Below, in pieces: positions 19,329-29,540 of a stretch of DNA of 64,000 nt. A program made the translations under genes and the position numbers. Each line of letters begins with the position of its first letter. Positions within the stretch are counted from its first letter, which is position 1. The notes under the pieces were generated by a model. That model was given only the letters and a program-made list of their open reading frames with translations, was not told the DNA's origin and did no database searches. Origin of the DNA: a virus (Duplodnaviria; Caudoviricetes); the IMG/VR virus record IMGVR_UViG_3300043812_000026, one strand, 5' to 3'.

Positions 19329-19898
19329 CTACTCATCATCAAATTCATAATTATTAGACTTTTCAATTAATTTCTTCCAGTTTTCGTCAACTTGTGCTTC
19401 TGCATTCCGTTGCTTCAATTCGTGTTCTTCAATAGCTTGCTTAATCTTAAAGTCAAGAACTTCATCATAGTTCTCGCTAACACCCTGTCGAGCGTCCTCT
19501 TTAGCCTTAAGTTTAAGTGTTTGCTTATAAATATCGTCCAAGTTATCCCCTTGTTCGAGAAGATCAACATTTTCATTAGAGTAGAACTTCTTTTCAAAGC
19601 TCTTATCCTCAACATGAGAAACTTCTTTCTCACCTTTAGCTTGACGCTCTGCCTCTTTTACGTCCTCATTCATAGACGCAATAATAAACTCCCGTTGAGC
19701 AAAAGTAAGTGACTTTAATAATGGATCATTAGGAAGCACTTTAAAAAACTTCATAATAGCCCACATATTACGACCAGAGGTAGAACGAACTAAAGTTTGA
19801 ATACCCCCAAGACGATTTAAAGCAGGGGATAGATTAATATTCCAATCTGGATGTTCTTTTATATCTTTTCTACTGGAGCTGGTCTTGCAGAAAAAAGT
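19329..19898 (-). CDS. tail assembly chaperone C-terminal (frameshift) ORF
   Basis: Frame open from 19898, upstream of ATG 19766; GGIQTLVRS..RNMWAIMK..VLPNDP resembles Twort-like chaperone. Confidence 0.65.
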   Translation of the reverse strand, partial: TFFCKTSSSRKDIKEHPDWNINLSPALNRLGGIQTLVRSTSGRNMWAIMKFFKVLPNDPLLKSLTFAQREFIIASMNEDVKEAERQAKGEKEVSHVEDKSFEKKFYSNENVDLLEQGDNLDDIYKQTLKLKAKEDARQGVSENYDEVLDFKIKQAIEEHELKQRNAEAQVDENWKKLIEKSNNYEFDDE

Positions 19899-20502
19899 CT
19901 AACCATTCCTCATAGTCACGGAATACGTCTAGTAAAATATCTACCCGATAAGTCTTATCTACATCAGTAAACCAATTAGGTACATTATCCCCAACCACAC
20001 GGAAGTAACCAATCGCCAAATACAAATCTTGTAAACCAGCTAAGAAACCAGCACCTCGACCAGAAGTGAGGTCAACAAACTCCTGTTGAATTTCAGCTTG
20101 TTCCATTACACTAGGAGCGTGCATTTTAACTACAAATTCACGTTTTTGTCCTTTAGCAGTAGAAACTGTATACTTCTTAACAAAATGGTAATCATCATTA
20201 TTTTGAATAACAGAAGACAAAGCTTCCTGTTCTTTTTGATAATTACTTACCTGTTCTTTATTTTCTACTTGGTCTCTTAAATCTGCCTTATCTCGTTTTA
20301 AGGCTTGAACCTTCTCTTCTAGTTGTTTAATTCTTACGTCATCAGAGACTGATTGTTGTTTCTTTTCTTCTTTAGCCTGTTTTTCTTCTACAGGTTGAGC
20401 CTCTCCGCCACGTGGTGCTCTCCCTGTATGTTCTCGCACTTCACGTTGTTGTGCTTGTGCTTTCTTCATTTCAGCTAAGATTTCCTCTTTTGTTTTAGCC
20501 AT
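19870..20502 (-). CDS. tail assembly chaperone
   Basis: Between sheath and tape measure; ends in GAC TTT TTT CTG slippery site. Confidence 0.7.
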   Translation of the reverse strand: MAKTKEEILAEMKKAQAQQREVREHTGRAPRGGEAQPVEEKQAKEEKKQQSVSDDVRIKQLEEKVQALKRDKADLRDQVENKEQVSNYQKEQEALSSVIQNNDDYHFVKKYTVSTAKGQKREFVVKMHAPSVMEQAEIQQEFVDLTSGRGAGFLAGLQDLYLAIGYFRVVGDNVPNWFTDVDKTYRVDILLDVFRDYEEWLDFFLQDQLQ

Positions 20503-20598
20503 TTTATATCCTCGCTTTCAACTATTCTTAATATATGAAAAACCCTATATCAAGTTAATGATACAGGGTTCTAATTTAATTAATTGTTTTATTGTAGT

Positions 20599-22569
20599 CT
20601 ACATATCCGTATAATTGGTATGGACACGATTTTGATTTTCTATCCCAGCCACGGTCTCCGTGTCTGGATTAATTCCATTACCTTCAATTCCATCATAATC
20701 AGAGTTAGAACCACCGTTACCACCAGCACTTGATACAAAGTTAGTATAAGTACCAGCAACATAGATAGTTCGTAACCCACGTGATGGGGCGCAGGAGAAT
20801 GATACATAGGCTTGGTTACCATTAATTACAGTTTGAATTGATGAAGAGTCATAACTAGCTAACATACCATCAGAAACCCGTTGCTTCAAGAATGCTTCAA
20901 TAAAGGTATTAATCAAACCACTTGTAATTTGATGTACCGGCATACCAATGAAGTTGTCTTCAAGGTAGTAACGCAAGTCATCAAATAAGAAGTCTGTAAT
21001 TTCCTGTAATGAAACAACATTCTTAGTAGGTTCATTAGTAGAGTTGTAAGTAGTTACATCTTCTACAATAGTAAATCCACCAGACGCATTTCTACGTACT
21101 TGGTTTTCAATTGCAATAATACCATTAGCGTCTAATTGATCAAGTTCGTCCCCATCGAAGTTTTGATCCAAACTTACTAAGTTAAGGTGCTTATGGGTAA
21201 CTGGAGTACCAATAGGTAGACTAGAAGCAATACCAGCAACATAAGCGGCCATTAAGTAAGCAGGAATATGAACTTCCTTACCGGACAAGTTAGTATAGAT
21301 ACCAGAGTTAGCAACTAAAGCTACACGGTTTGATTGCAAGCCTAATTGACGGTTAATTGCATAGTTAAAGTCTTCGTTATAACCCCCACCAACAAAGGAC
21401 ATATAGTTATAACCTAAGATATTTTCTTCACTAAGGAATTCAGCCAATTCAGCATGAACGTTTTCTTCTGCTGTTAATGGAACAATGTAGTAAACATTCT
21501 TGCCATGTACGCTCTTAAACTTATCAGCCCATGAAATAGGTACTTGACCGTCATCGCCACCAGAAAGGTATTCGTTAGCAAAAATTTGAATATCTTTCTT
21601 AACTGGTGTAGCAGTAATAGTAGCACCATCAGCAGTAGGAGTAGCCTGAACTCCTGTAGGCGCACCTAATGAATTAATGTTTACTGAAATGTAAGGGTCC
21701 ATTCGAGTGGATAACTTCAAGTCACCGTAAACACTAGTAACAGTAGTTGGTTCATCTTCTGTACCAATCATTACATAGTCGTCACCCGGAGTTAAGTCCA
21801 AGTCCGCAGTGCTGATGCGAGCGCAAGTCTTCAAAACTGTTGATTGAAAGCCCGGTGTTGCATTAATAGCAGACAGAAGCTTTTGTACTTCGCTAAATGA
21901 GTCCTTAGTAAGGTCTAATTCACGAACTACTTGCATACTCTTAGGATTATCACCCATAGCTAAGATAAACTTATTAGCACGAGCAACATTACCTACAACC
22001 TTGTAACCATAGTACTTAGCTGTAGCTTGACGACCACCGTGATAAATAGCAAAGATATTACCGATGTTAGTGTAATTCTTAGCATACATTTGTGGTTCGT
22101 ATTCTACCCGTAAAGTATAACCCTGTGATAAAGCGTCCCGAGTAAATGAAACCCCAATCTTATTAGCACTAGCACCAAAAACTTTAGAAGTAATAGTGAT
22201 AGGACCTTCTTCTAGTGAAGCTTGCGTAGCATTTTCAACCCGCATAGCATAAACCTTACCACCATTTTGGTAGTAGTCACCAGTTGGATTCCAAATCAAT
22301 TCCATTGCCTTTACTAAGTCACCAGAACCAAAGATCTTACGAGCGCTGGCAGATGACTTAATTTCATAAACATTATTAGGATTACCTTCTGTTGCTGAAC
22401 CTAGCAAAAAGATATTCTTTTCTGAATCGGAAGATTGATTAGTTAAGGCTGAGTCGTCATAGCTCGTTTCTACATGAGGACGTGAATTATAAAACTTTGG
22501 GTAGATTCGCTTCATAGTATCAGATGAAGGAATTAGTGCCATTTTATCCCGTTCCTTTCTACTTAACAA
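20599..22569 (-). CDS. tail sheath protein
   Basis: SRPHVE, IFGSGDLVKAMELIWNP, SWADKF..YYIVPLT, IVEDVTTYN; likely start ATG 22542. Confidence 0.9.
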   Translation of the reverse strand: MLSRKERDKMALIPSSDTMKRIYPKFYNSRPHVETSYDDSALTNQSSDSEKNIFLLGSATEGNPNNVYEIKSSASARKIFGSGDLVKAMELIWNPTGDYYQNGGKVYAMRVENATQASLEEGPITITSKVFGASANKIGVSFTRDALSQGYTLRVEYEPQMYAKNYTNIGNIFAIYHGGRQATAKYYGYKVVGNVARANKFILAMGDNPKSMQVVRELDLTKDSFSEVQKLLSAINATPGFQSTVLKTCARISTADLDLTPGDDYVMIGTEDEPTTVTSVYGDLKLSTRMDPYISVNINSLGAPTGVQATPTADGATITATPVKKDIQIFANEYLSGGDDGQVPISWADKFKSVHGKNVYYIVPLTAEENVHAELAEFLSEENILGYNYMSFVGGGYNEDFNYAINRQLGLQSNRVALVANSGIYTNLSGKEVHIPAYLMAAYVAGIASSLPIGTPVTHKHLNLVSLDQNFDGDELDQLDANGIIAIENQVRRNASGGFTIVEDVTTYNSTNEPTKNVVSLQEITDFLFDDLRYYLEDNFIGMPVHQITSGLINTFIEAFLKQRVSDGMLASYDSSSIQTVINGNQAYVSFSCAPSRGLRTIYVAGTYTNFVSSAGGNGGSNSDYDGIEGNGINPDTETVAGIENQNRVHTNYTDM

Positions 22570-22571
22570 TA

Positions 22572-22781
22572 TTAACCATTAATATAATGGTCTAATTCTT
22601 CAAGATATACGTGCGGATCGTATACAAAAAGCATATCTTTTGAACGCATTAAGTTACTAAATCCAGCAAGCTGTATATCAGTTAATTTTCGATACTTAGC
22701 CATTCCTTTAACCGTAGTAAGAAACTCGTTTAAAGAATAAAGGGTTAACTTCTGATCTTTTTTCGCCAATCTATTCACCAC
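22572..22781 (-). CDS. small conserved protein upstream of sheath
   Basis: Syntenic ~70 aa ORF typical of Twort-like phages. Confidence 0.65.
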   Translation of the reverse strand: MVNRLAKKDQKLTLYSLNEFLTTVKGMAKYRKLTDIQLAGFSNLMRSKDMLFVYDPHVYLEELDHYING

Positions 22782-23616
22782 CTAAAATAATCTTATCTAA
22801 TGTTTGATTCATGTTCTGTTTAATCGTTTGGGTTACATGATAGTTTACAGTTAATCGGCGATAGTACAATTGTTGACCACCAAGACTATTCTCTGCTGTA
22901 CTTACGTCTTGAACCATATCCATACCATTTAACTCAATACTAGGTAAAAAGACAGCGCCGTTATCCTCTAATGACTTTCGCAAATAGGTTTCAATATAAA
23001 CAAATATTCCAGAAAGACAACGAATAGTATTTGTATTATTGGAGATAAAATCTATTGTTACAGCTTCTATGGTATTTATACCTATTGGATAAGACTGACC
23101 TGTATTTTCTTCCTTAATTATATAGAACAAATCGAACTTAGAATCTTTATTATAGATAGGTAAATAAGGAATATAGACCTTATTATCCTTTACCTCATAC
23201 ACATTAGTTTGTGGAAGAGAATAAACATCTTTAATGGGTTGACTAGGCTGTAAATAAGCCTGCTTACCCTCAACTATTATAGGTAGTTTCTCATGAGTTA
23301 GCTTACCACTATCATTAGAAGTTAAGTCCCCTTGATAGTTACCTAATACTGCATTATCCTCATCTTCCTGTGACCCCTTAAACTGTGCTAATAAGAAAGC
23401 TGTTTTAGGGGGAGTTTGAGGAAAAGCAAAGTAAAGAGGAATTTCAACCCCATGATTACCCTTTCCAATTCCGTATGTATTAATAAAGTTATCTACAATT
23501 TTGTCGGGAAGTTGGCTAAGTATTTCCTGTTTTATAATATAGGGATTGGCAAGTATACCTTTTAAGAGGGAATTAACCTCATCAACTATATGCTGATCTA
23601 CTAATTCAATACTCAT
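22771..23616 (-). CDS. neck/tail terminator protein
   Basis: Synteny; LANPYII motif. Confidence 0.7.
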   Translation of the reverse strand: MSIELVDQHIVDEVNSLLKGILANPYIIKQEILSQLPDKIVDNFINTYGIGKGNHGVEIPLYFAFPQTPPKTAFLLAQFKGSQEDEDNAVLGNYQGDLTSNDSGKLTHEKLPIIVEGKQAYLQPSQPIKDVYSLPQTNVYEVKDNKVYIPYLPIYNKDSKFDLFYIIKEENTGQSYPIGINTIEAVTIDFISNNTNTIRCLSGIFVYIETYLRKSLEDNGAVFLPSIELNGMDMVQDVSTAENSLGGQQLYYRRLTVNYHVTQTIKQNMNQTLDKIILGGE

Positions 23617-24329
23617 TAACTATTTTCACCTGCCTTATTATATCTATCTATGATTTGTCTAATTGCCTGCTGTACAACTTTAGCGACCTCTTGTGCTTGT
23701 TGTTCATTTTCTGTTTCTTGATTAATTTTTGCATTCATACCCGATTTATTGATAATCCAAGAACTAGGATCTGACTTATTAGAAACAGTACGGAATGATA
23801 TATACTGTCCTCTTGTAGCTGAACTACCAAACCGTTCACGAGTAACGCTAGTAGACTTCCACTGATAAGCAATTGGACTACTATTAACTCCTCCAGCATT
23901 AGATAATATCTTTTGAAATCTTGCTATATTCTCATCCGCACTAGAAGTAGTACCAAACTCAGTATGACTAATTGTGTCCCATAACTTACGCCCAAAAGCT
24001 TGACGATATTCTGTTGCACGATTTGAAATTGGTATTCTAATATACCAACCCCCATCTTTAGTAGGCTTAGCCTTAGACGAACGAGCAAACGCCTGCTTTA
24101 AGTCATAAAAGCCAACATTCTCATTATTAGCGTCATTCAAAATTCGATAGGCAACAGATACACTAGATCCATTATCCCTAACTGCAAGATTACCAAAGGT
24201 CTTTTTTAATTCATTAGCTAAACCCTTAGTATACGATTCAGTGATCTGTTTCTCATCTACCTGTCTGTTAAAGAACTCATGGAGACCTCTAATAGACTCA
24301 TTACTAATTAAATCTGATATTTGAGCCAT
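23616..24329 (-). CDS. head-tail completion (neck) protein
   Basis: DLKQAFARSSKAK..GGWYIRIPI, YISFRTVS..S..SSWIIN. Confidence 0.75.
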   Translation of the reverse strand: MAQISDLISNESIRGLHEFFNRQVDEKQITESYTKGLANELKKTFGNLAVRDNGSSVSVAYRILNDANNENVGFYDLKQAFARSSKAKPTKDGGWYIRIPISNRATEYRQAFGRKLWDTISHTEFGTTSSADENIARFQKILSNAGGVNSSPIAYQWKSTSVTRERFGSSATRGQYISFRTVSNKSDPSSWIINKSGMNAKINQETENEQQAQEVAKVVQQAIRQIIDRYNKAGENS

Positions 24330-24332
24330 TAC

Positions 24333-25364
24333 TTAGCCCCCTAGGAAGTCGTCAAACTCATTCAATGTTGGGTTCTTAATTACAGACTGATTCTTACCGT
24401 CTGAGGTTGCCAAGTTAACATTAGAGAAGTAAAGATTTTCCCTTCTAATTAGTAATGTAGGAGGCATCCTAAAAATCTGGTGCTTACCAATTACAATCTG
24501 TGCCCCGTCACGATTTACTACTTGAGGATAAGAACGTAACTGAGCCTGTTTAATATTCTTAGGAACAATACTACTCATATCATTAGGATTAACATATTCA
24601 TTACCTAATTGGTCATCTTCATTAATAACAGTCTCGTCTTCATTAACTGCACGAGTACCATTACCTAAAGCCCATAGTTTTTGATTAAGCTTGTAATATT
24701 GTTGATAACGTAATTCCTTAATCATGGAGACAACATAAAAACGCTTAATAACCTCTAAGGATAAAGTAATAACTTTACCCAATAAATCTTCGTCCTTAAT
24801 CTCTAATTGATTACCTTCATTAATTAGTAAGGAACTATCAACGTCATCAATAGATTTCAATTCTCCATTTTCAATATAATAAGCTTCATTAATAGACGCT
24901 ACATCAAAAGGTAAAAATAGACCATCTTGTAAACGTTCATTAGTCACATTAAATGTATAAGAATCATTAGTCGTCCACCCAGTAACTGTAATTCTGTCGC
25001 CCGGTTTAATCCCCTGTTCAATTCCATTTACAGTAACTTGTGGCGTTGCTTTACTAGTACCTAAATTATCCATACCAGTAGGATTTAAGCTAAAATTCTT
25101 TTCATCACCTTGAATTGCCATATCAATTGTTCTTGGATGTAAATAAATCCAACCTTGACCATGACAAACAGGACAATTAGGCTGAGGCTGACCTGTCTGC
25201 TCATCTAAACAAGGACAATGATAAGCCTGCTCCCAAACAACGTTAACTGCGTGTTGCTGAATTAATTGAACTACCCTATCAATATCAAGAGGATTCATAT
25301 TATTCTTAGCTGGGTAAAACGGATTAGCAGACTCTACTTTTTCATGCAAAGGATTATCAGCCAT
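24333..25364 (-). CDS. head-tail connector/neck protein
   Basis: WEQAYHCPC..CPVCHGQG motif of Twort-like neck proteins. Confidence 0.8.
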   Translation of the reverse strand: MADNPLHEKVESANPFYPAKNNMNPLDIDRVVQLIQQHAVNVVWEQAYHCPCLDEQTGQPQPNCPVCHGQGWIYLHPRTIDMAIQGDEKNFSLNPTGMDNLGTSKATPQVTVNGIEQGIKPGDRITVTGWTTNDSYTFNVTNERLQDGLFLPFDVASINEAYYIENGELKSIDDVDSSLLINEGNQLEIKDEDLLGKVITLSLEVIKRFYVVSMIKELRYQQYYKLNQKLWALGNGTRAVNEDETVINEDDQLGNEYVNPNDMSSIVPKNIKQAQLRSYPQVVNRDGAQIVIGKHQIFRMPPTLLIRRENLYFSNVNLATSDGKNQSVIKNPTLNEFDDFLGG

Positions 25365-25593
25365 TATAATTTCACCTACTTTCTATTTATCCTCTTTAAT
25401 ATAGGTTGAATTTAAAACACAAAAAAGACACCTAAATTAATAGGTGCCTTAAAAACACAAAAGTAGTATATAGGTGTAAATGTATTAAGCCAAAATCGAA
25501 ATGAATTAATGAACCTACATACATTATAATAGCATAATAGTCGTAACTGTCAACACGTTCAACGGATATAATCACCATAATTACAACATAGTA

Positions 25594-26514
25594 TCATCCG
25601 AGAAACGAAACTTCTGGATCACCATAAAATCTATGGAGTCTACTTTCAATATCTTTCATATCGACTTGAAGATTACGTATTTCACCTGCGGTTGCTGAAT
25701 TTTCCGCTGACGAGGTTGTATTAACACCAGTGCTTATACCATCTACCGAAACATTATAAGAAGCTATACCCGGTGATAGTATTACCCGTCCATAGCGCTC
25801 AAGGACCTCAATTGCCCCTAGCTTAGCAATATACCCTAACATATCTGGTTGAATCATCCAGTCATAATTAACTCCGTCTTTACCAGTATGTGGCATCATA
25901 CCAGCAACGTAAGTTACTCCTAACATTTGAGGAGCGAACTCCATTTGAGTAAAAGGACTAGGAGTCATTCCATATGGAGAATTAATTAAAGGATAAACAG
26001 TAGGGTTAATAGTAGTATTAAGTCCCTGCATTAATACAGAAGGAGATACCTGTAATTGACCTGTACGATTAGTTACCTTAATCCACTCGTCTGGAATGTG
26101 CATAATATCTTGATTATTATAATAAAGCAATAAGTCCTTCACACTTAAAATAGGTCTCATTGTTGTATGTAGATAGGAAAAAGCATTAAAATCTGAACGG
26201 TGGTAATCTAAACGATCTACTTGTAAACGAGGGACAATTGCCACGTCAAAAATCTTTTCAGCTTGTGCAACCACCCGATTTAAAATCATCTTATAAAAAC
26301 TGTCTGGATAAGGTTCATTAGTAACAGGATCTACTAAGTCTCTTTCCATACCCATAAGCTCATTTTTAATTAAGTCAATATTAATACCTAAAGAATCTAG
26401 GGTTACGTCTTCATAATCGCTACCTAGAGCATAATCTGGATTACCATTATAGGTCTGGATTGCCCCGGGTTGCTTTTGTATTTGAAAGTAATTTCTTATA
26501 TCTTCCTTAGACAA
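25594..26514 (-). CDS. head-tail adaptor protein
   Basis: FAPQMLGVTYVAGM, PGIAS..SVDGIS motifs; synteny. Confidence 0.8.
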   Translation of the reverse strand: MSKEDIRNYFQIQKQPGAIQTYNGNPDYALGSDYEDVTLDSLGINIDLIKNELMGMERDLVDPVTNEPYPDSFYKMILNRVVAQAEKIFDVAIVPRLQVDRLDYHRSDFNAFSYLHTTMRPILSVKDLLLYYNNQDIMHIPDEWIKVTNRTGQLQVSPSVLMQGLNTTINPTVYPLINSPYGMTPSPFTQMEFAPQMLGVTYVAGMMPHTGKDGVNYDWMIQPDMLGYIAKLGAIEVLERYGRVILSPGIASYNVSVDGISTGVNTTSSAENSATAGEIRNLQVDMKDIESRLHRFYGDPEVSFLG

Positions 26515-26570
26515 AATTTTAACCTTCCTTTCTGTTAAAGGTTTACCTAATTGTAATATAAAAAGACCAC

Positions 26571-26864
26571 TTATCTAAGCAGTCTTTGTTGTTTAATAGC
26601 TAATTCAACATAGCTTTTATAATCTTTAATTGTGTATACGGGCTTGTAAGGAACAAAGAACGGGTCATAAGCCTTTAACTCATCTGGAGTTTTAATATGA
26701 TTATTACCAATAACATGAGAACCACCAAGACCTAGTTCTTTATCTGTTAAACTATTAACCACCCGCTGTTCAAAATCTTGAAACTCTTGAATAGAACTAG
26801 AGTTATGAAACAGCATGATATGCTCATTAGAGAAGTCTAAGACAAATACTGAAATTATATTCAT
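26571..26864 (-). CDS. hypothetical protein
   Basis: 97 aa, translationally coupled to 26864..27589. Confidence 0.7.
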   Translation of the reverse strand: MNIISVFVLDFSNEHIMLFHNSSSIQEFQDFEQRVVNSLTDKELGLGGSHVIGNNHIKTPDELKAYDPFFVPYKPVYTIKDYKSYVELAIKQQRLLR

Positions 26865-27589
26865 TATAATTTACCATCTACAATAGCAAAAGGATCAATT
26901 AAAGAAGTTGGTAAATCATTAGTTACACCCTCACCAATATAATAGCCAACAAAATCTTTAACAGGCTCAACGTCTTCTTTATAATCTGGACGTAAAGCTA
27001 ATAATTCAACATGACGAGGTTTATCACTTTCTACTAACTGATGTTTTACATAATTACTAATAGGATAAATCCGATAAAGTAAGTCTGTTCTAACTTTATT
27101 TTGTGTTAGAAAATTATCAACCCAGAAATTCTTTTGCTTTTTAGTATGTTTATCTTTAGAAAGTAAGTCTTCCTGCAATTCCCTAAAAGTCCACAAGCCA
27201 GTGTCACGACCCTTTAACTCTTCAATAAGAAATCCAAAGAATTGGTCTGTTAAATAACCCTCTGGATCAGCAATCTTAGAATTACGATCTGGATATAGTG
27301 TTTCCTTGTAGTTCTTTTCTGGGTTATAAAGACGGGTAACGGTTTCAGAGTCATAAGTATGGTACTTATGAACATTAACTCGATCTAAGTAAACCTTTGG
27401 ATAAACTCCAATAAACCCACGTTTATAAGCCCGTGACATACAAATATTACAAAGCTTCTCATCTTTATACTCACGTACATCTTCTACTTCTGGATTGGCA
27501 TTATAATTCTCACGACAAAGAGAGTGGTTATGGTCTTCTGGATCAACAATGTGCCATTTCTTTTGTATACCTAAACGAAAAATTTTCAT
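26864..27589 (-). CDS. hypothetical protein (N-terminal H..LC..CxxC zinc-finger-like)
   Basis: 241 aa ORF with RBS GAGG. Confidence 0.7.
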   Translation of the reverse strand: MKIFRLGIQKKWHIVDPEDHNHSLCRENYNANPEVEDVREYKDEKLCNICMSRAYKRGFIGVYPKVYLDRVNVHKYHTYDSETVTRLYNPEKNYKETLYPDRNSKIADPEGYLTDQFFGFLIEELKGRDTGLWTFRELQEDLLSKDKHTKKQKNFWVDNFLTQNKVRTDLLYRIYPISNYVKHQLVESDKPRHVELLALRPDYKEDVEPVKDFVGYYIGEGVTNDLPTSLIDPFAIVDGKL

Positions 27590-27679
27590 AATAGTTTATT
27601 CCTCAACTTTTCAACGTACTTGTTATGCTGTTCAGCCATTTCATTAACATAATCAGTCAACTCCTGATCCAGCAACATT

Positions 27680-27916
27680 CTACTTGTTTTTCAATTCTTC
27701 TCGTGTTTTAGCAGTTTCTTTATCATTTTCAGCATCTTCATTATCCTGTTCATTTGATGAATTATCAAACTCAATATCAGTACCAAAGCAATTAAGTACA
27801 AAAAACGTAAGCACTCCAGAGATAGTTGCCATTAGCATCGAAGACCCGAACAAAGCACCCATTACAAATTGAATTACCGAAATATAACCAGCCGTTGAAG
27901 TTTTAATCATTCTCAT
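27680..27916 (-). CDS. small membrane protein
   Basis: Hydrophobic N-half and acidic tail; downstream of promoter cassette. Confidence 0.7.
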   Translation of the reverse strand: MRMIKTSTAGYISVIQFVMGALFGSSMLMATISGVLTFFVLNCFGTDIEFDNSSNEQDNEDAENDKETAKTREELKNK

Positions 27917-27924
27917 TTTAATAA

Positions 27925-27988
27925 CTTCCTTTCCTTAACTTATGTTTTAAGTATAACACTTTTAGTTGAATTTTCAACTACTTTTGTA
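27925..27988 (-). promoter_or_regulatory. promoter/operator/RBS cassette copy 2
   Basis: 62/64 identical to 7715-7778. Confidence 0.75.
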
Positions 27989-28031
27989 TGAAAAATTAAA
28001 AATAAAAGAGCCTAGATAATAGTCATTTATA

Positions 28032-29540
28032 TTAACTAATTAAATAAGTAACTAGAGGTTGATAAGCAGATTTATAATGCTCAACTATATCCTTAGGACT
28101 AGGAATATCAATTGTATGACCTTTAACTTCTCTACGGTTAACGTCAATTGCCTTATGAATAGAAGAACGACTAGCCCCTACAATTTCTCGAACTTTAGTC
28201 ATTCCCTCTACCCAGTTACCATCAACAATAAAGTCATGATTATACTTAGGACTCTTCCTAGCTTTTTCTACCAATTCCTTAGCAAGTTCTGAGGTGTAAT
28301 CATCTGGTCTACAAAAGACAAAACCACCAAGAGAGCCTTTCTTATCCTCTAAGCAATGCTTAATATTACGTTCACCTACACCTAAAGTTTCTGCACAGGA
28401 GCGAATAGATAAAAAAGAAAATACTTGATTAGTTTTAGTGCTGATTGCATAAACGGGAGCGGTATTACCATTTTTATATTTAGTCATGACTGACTTGCTA
28501 ATATTAGAGCCATAGTGTGTATTATATTTAGCTGTACACCATTCTAAATTAGTAACTTTATTATTCTTCTTATTTTCATCCTTATGATTAACATACGGTA
28601 AGTTATGAGGATTAGGCAAAAATAATTGGGCTACTAGTCTATGGATAGAAAATCTACCTATCACTCCATCTACACTTAATGATACATATGAATAAGCATT
28701 CTTACCGTCTGTAAATGGAATCAAAATACGATCACTAATTGTAGAATAAATCCTACCATAGTTTGAAACTTTATAATCATGAAATTCTTTCCAAACTTCT
28801 TTAAAATCATTATCACCATTCCAATCATAGTTGGGAAAAGCTTTAAGTAATTCAGTCTCTGTATAAACCTTATTCTCTTGGCGATCACGGATTAATCTTT
28901 CTTCTGTATCACCTACTGAATAGTGAACGTTATCTTGTTTAGGATAAGGTTCTATCTCAAATTTAAGGGTCTTTCGAGCTTGCTTCTTAAAAGTCTTTGA
29001 ACCTAAGAACATAATGTAACGATACTTAATTGAACGTAAGATAAAGAAACGGTAATGATGTCCCTTAACCCATTTACCACCTTTCTTATCTGGTCCGTTA
29101 TAACAAAAAATACCAGAATCTGTCGTTCCACAGTATAAAAAGTTAGTAGCTTGATAAATTGATCCTGTATGGTGCATTCCTTGATCAGCAAAAGAGATAA
29201 TAAACCAATTACCATCTTGTTCTTGCTTTAACTGTCTTAAAGTCCATGAGACAAACTTAGAAGTAATGTTCTTTAAGTTTTGAGAAACCTCGTCTTTTAT
29301 GTACAATCGGGATAGTTCTAGGGTGTTATCTTTATTAGCTAGAGGTGAGATTGAAGAAGCTAGGGACTTACGTACATGAGTATAAGTAACCATTCCTACT
29401 AATTGATTTTGGTAGTACATTCCATAAGCATACTTACAAGCTACTACTCGGTGTAAATAATGATACTTAATCATTAATCCATGCAGGTCTAAAGGATTAA
29501 CTTTCTTGAATTCAATTTGTTCTTTATTTATCTTTGTCAT
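28032..29540 (-). CDS. Mom-like (GNAT) DNA-modification domain fused to NUMOD4-HNH homing endonuclease
   Basis: N-terminal ~230 aa nearly identical to the Mom-like domain of 2037..3884; then EVWK..YKVSNYGRI, HRLVA..VNHKDENKKNN..NLEWCT..N. Confidence 0.8.
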   Translation of the reverse strand: MTKINKEQIEFKKVNPLDLHGLMIKYHYLHRVVACKYAYGMYYQNQLVGMVTYTHVRKSLASSISPLANKDNTLELSRLYIKDEVSQNLKNITSKFVSWTLRQLKQEQDGNWFIISFADQGMHHTGSIYQATNFLYCGTTDSGIFCYNGPDKKGGKWVKGHHYRFFILRSIKYRYIMFLGSKTFKKQARKTLKFEIEPYPKQDNVHYSVGDTEERLIRDRQENKVYTETELLKAFPNYDWNGDNDFKEVWKEFHDYKVSNYGRIYSTISDRILIPFTDGKNAYSYVSLSVDGVIGRFSIHRLVAQLFLPNPHNLPYVNHKDENKKNNKVTNLEWCTAKYNTHYGSNISKSVMTKYKNGNTAPVYAISTKTNQVFSFLSIRSCAETLGVGERNIKHCLEDKKGSLGGFVFCRPDDYTSELAKELVEKARKSPKYNHDFIVDGNWVEGMTKVREIVGASRSSIHKAIDVNRREVKGHTIDIPSPKDIVEHYKSAYQPLVTYLIS

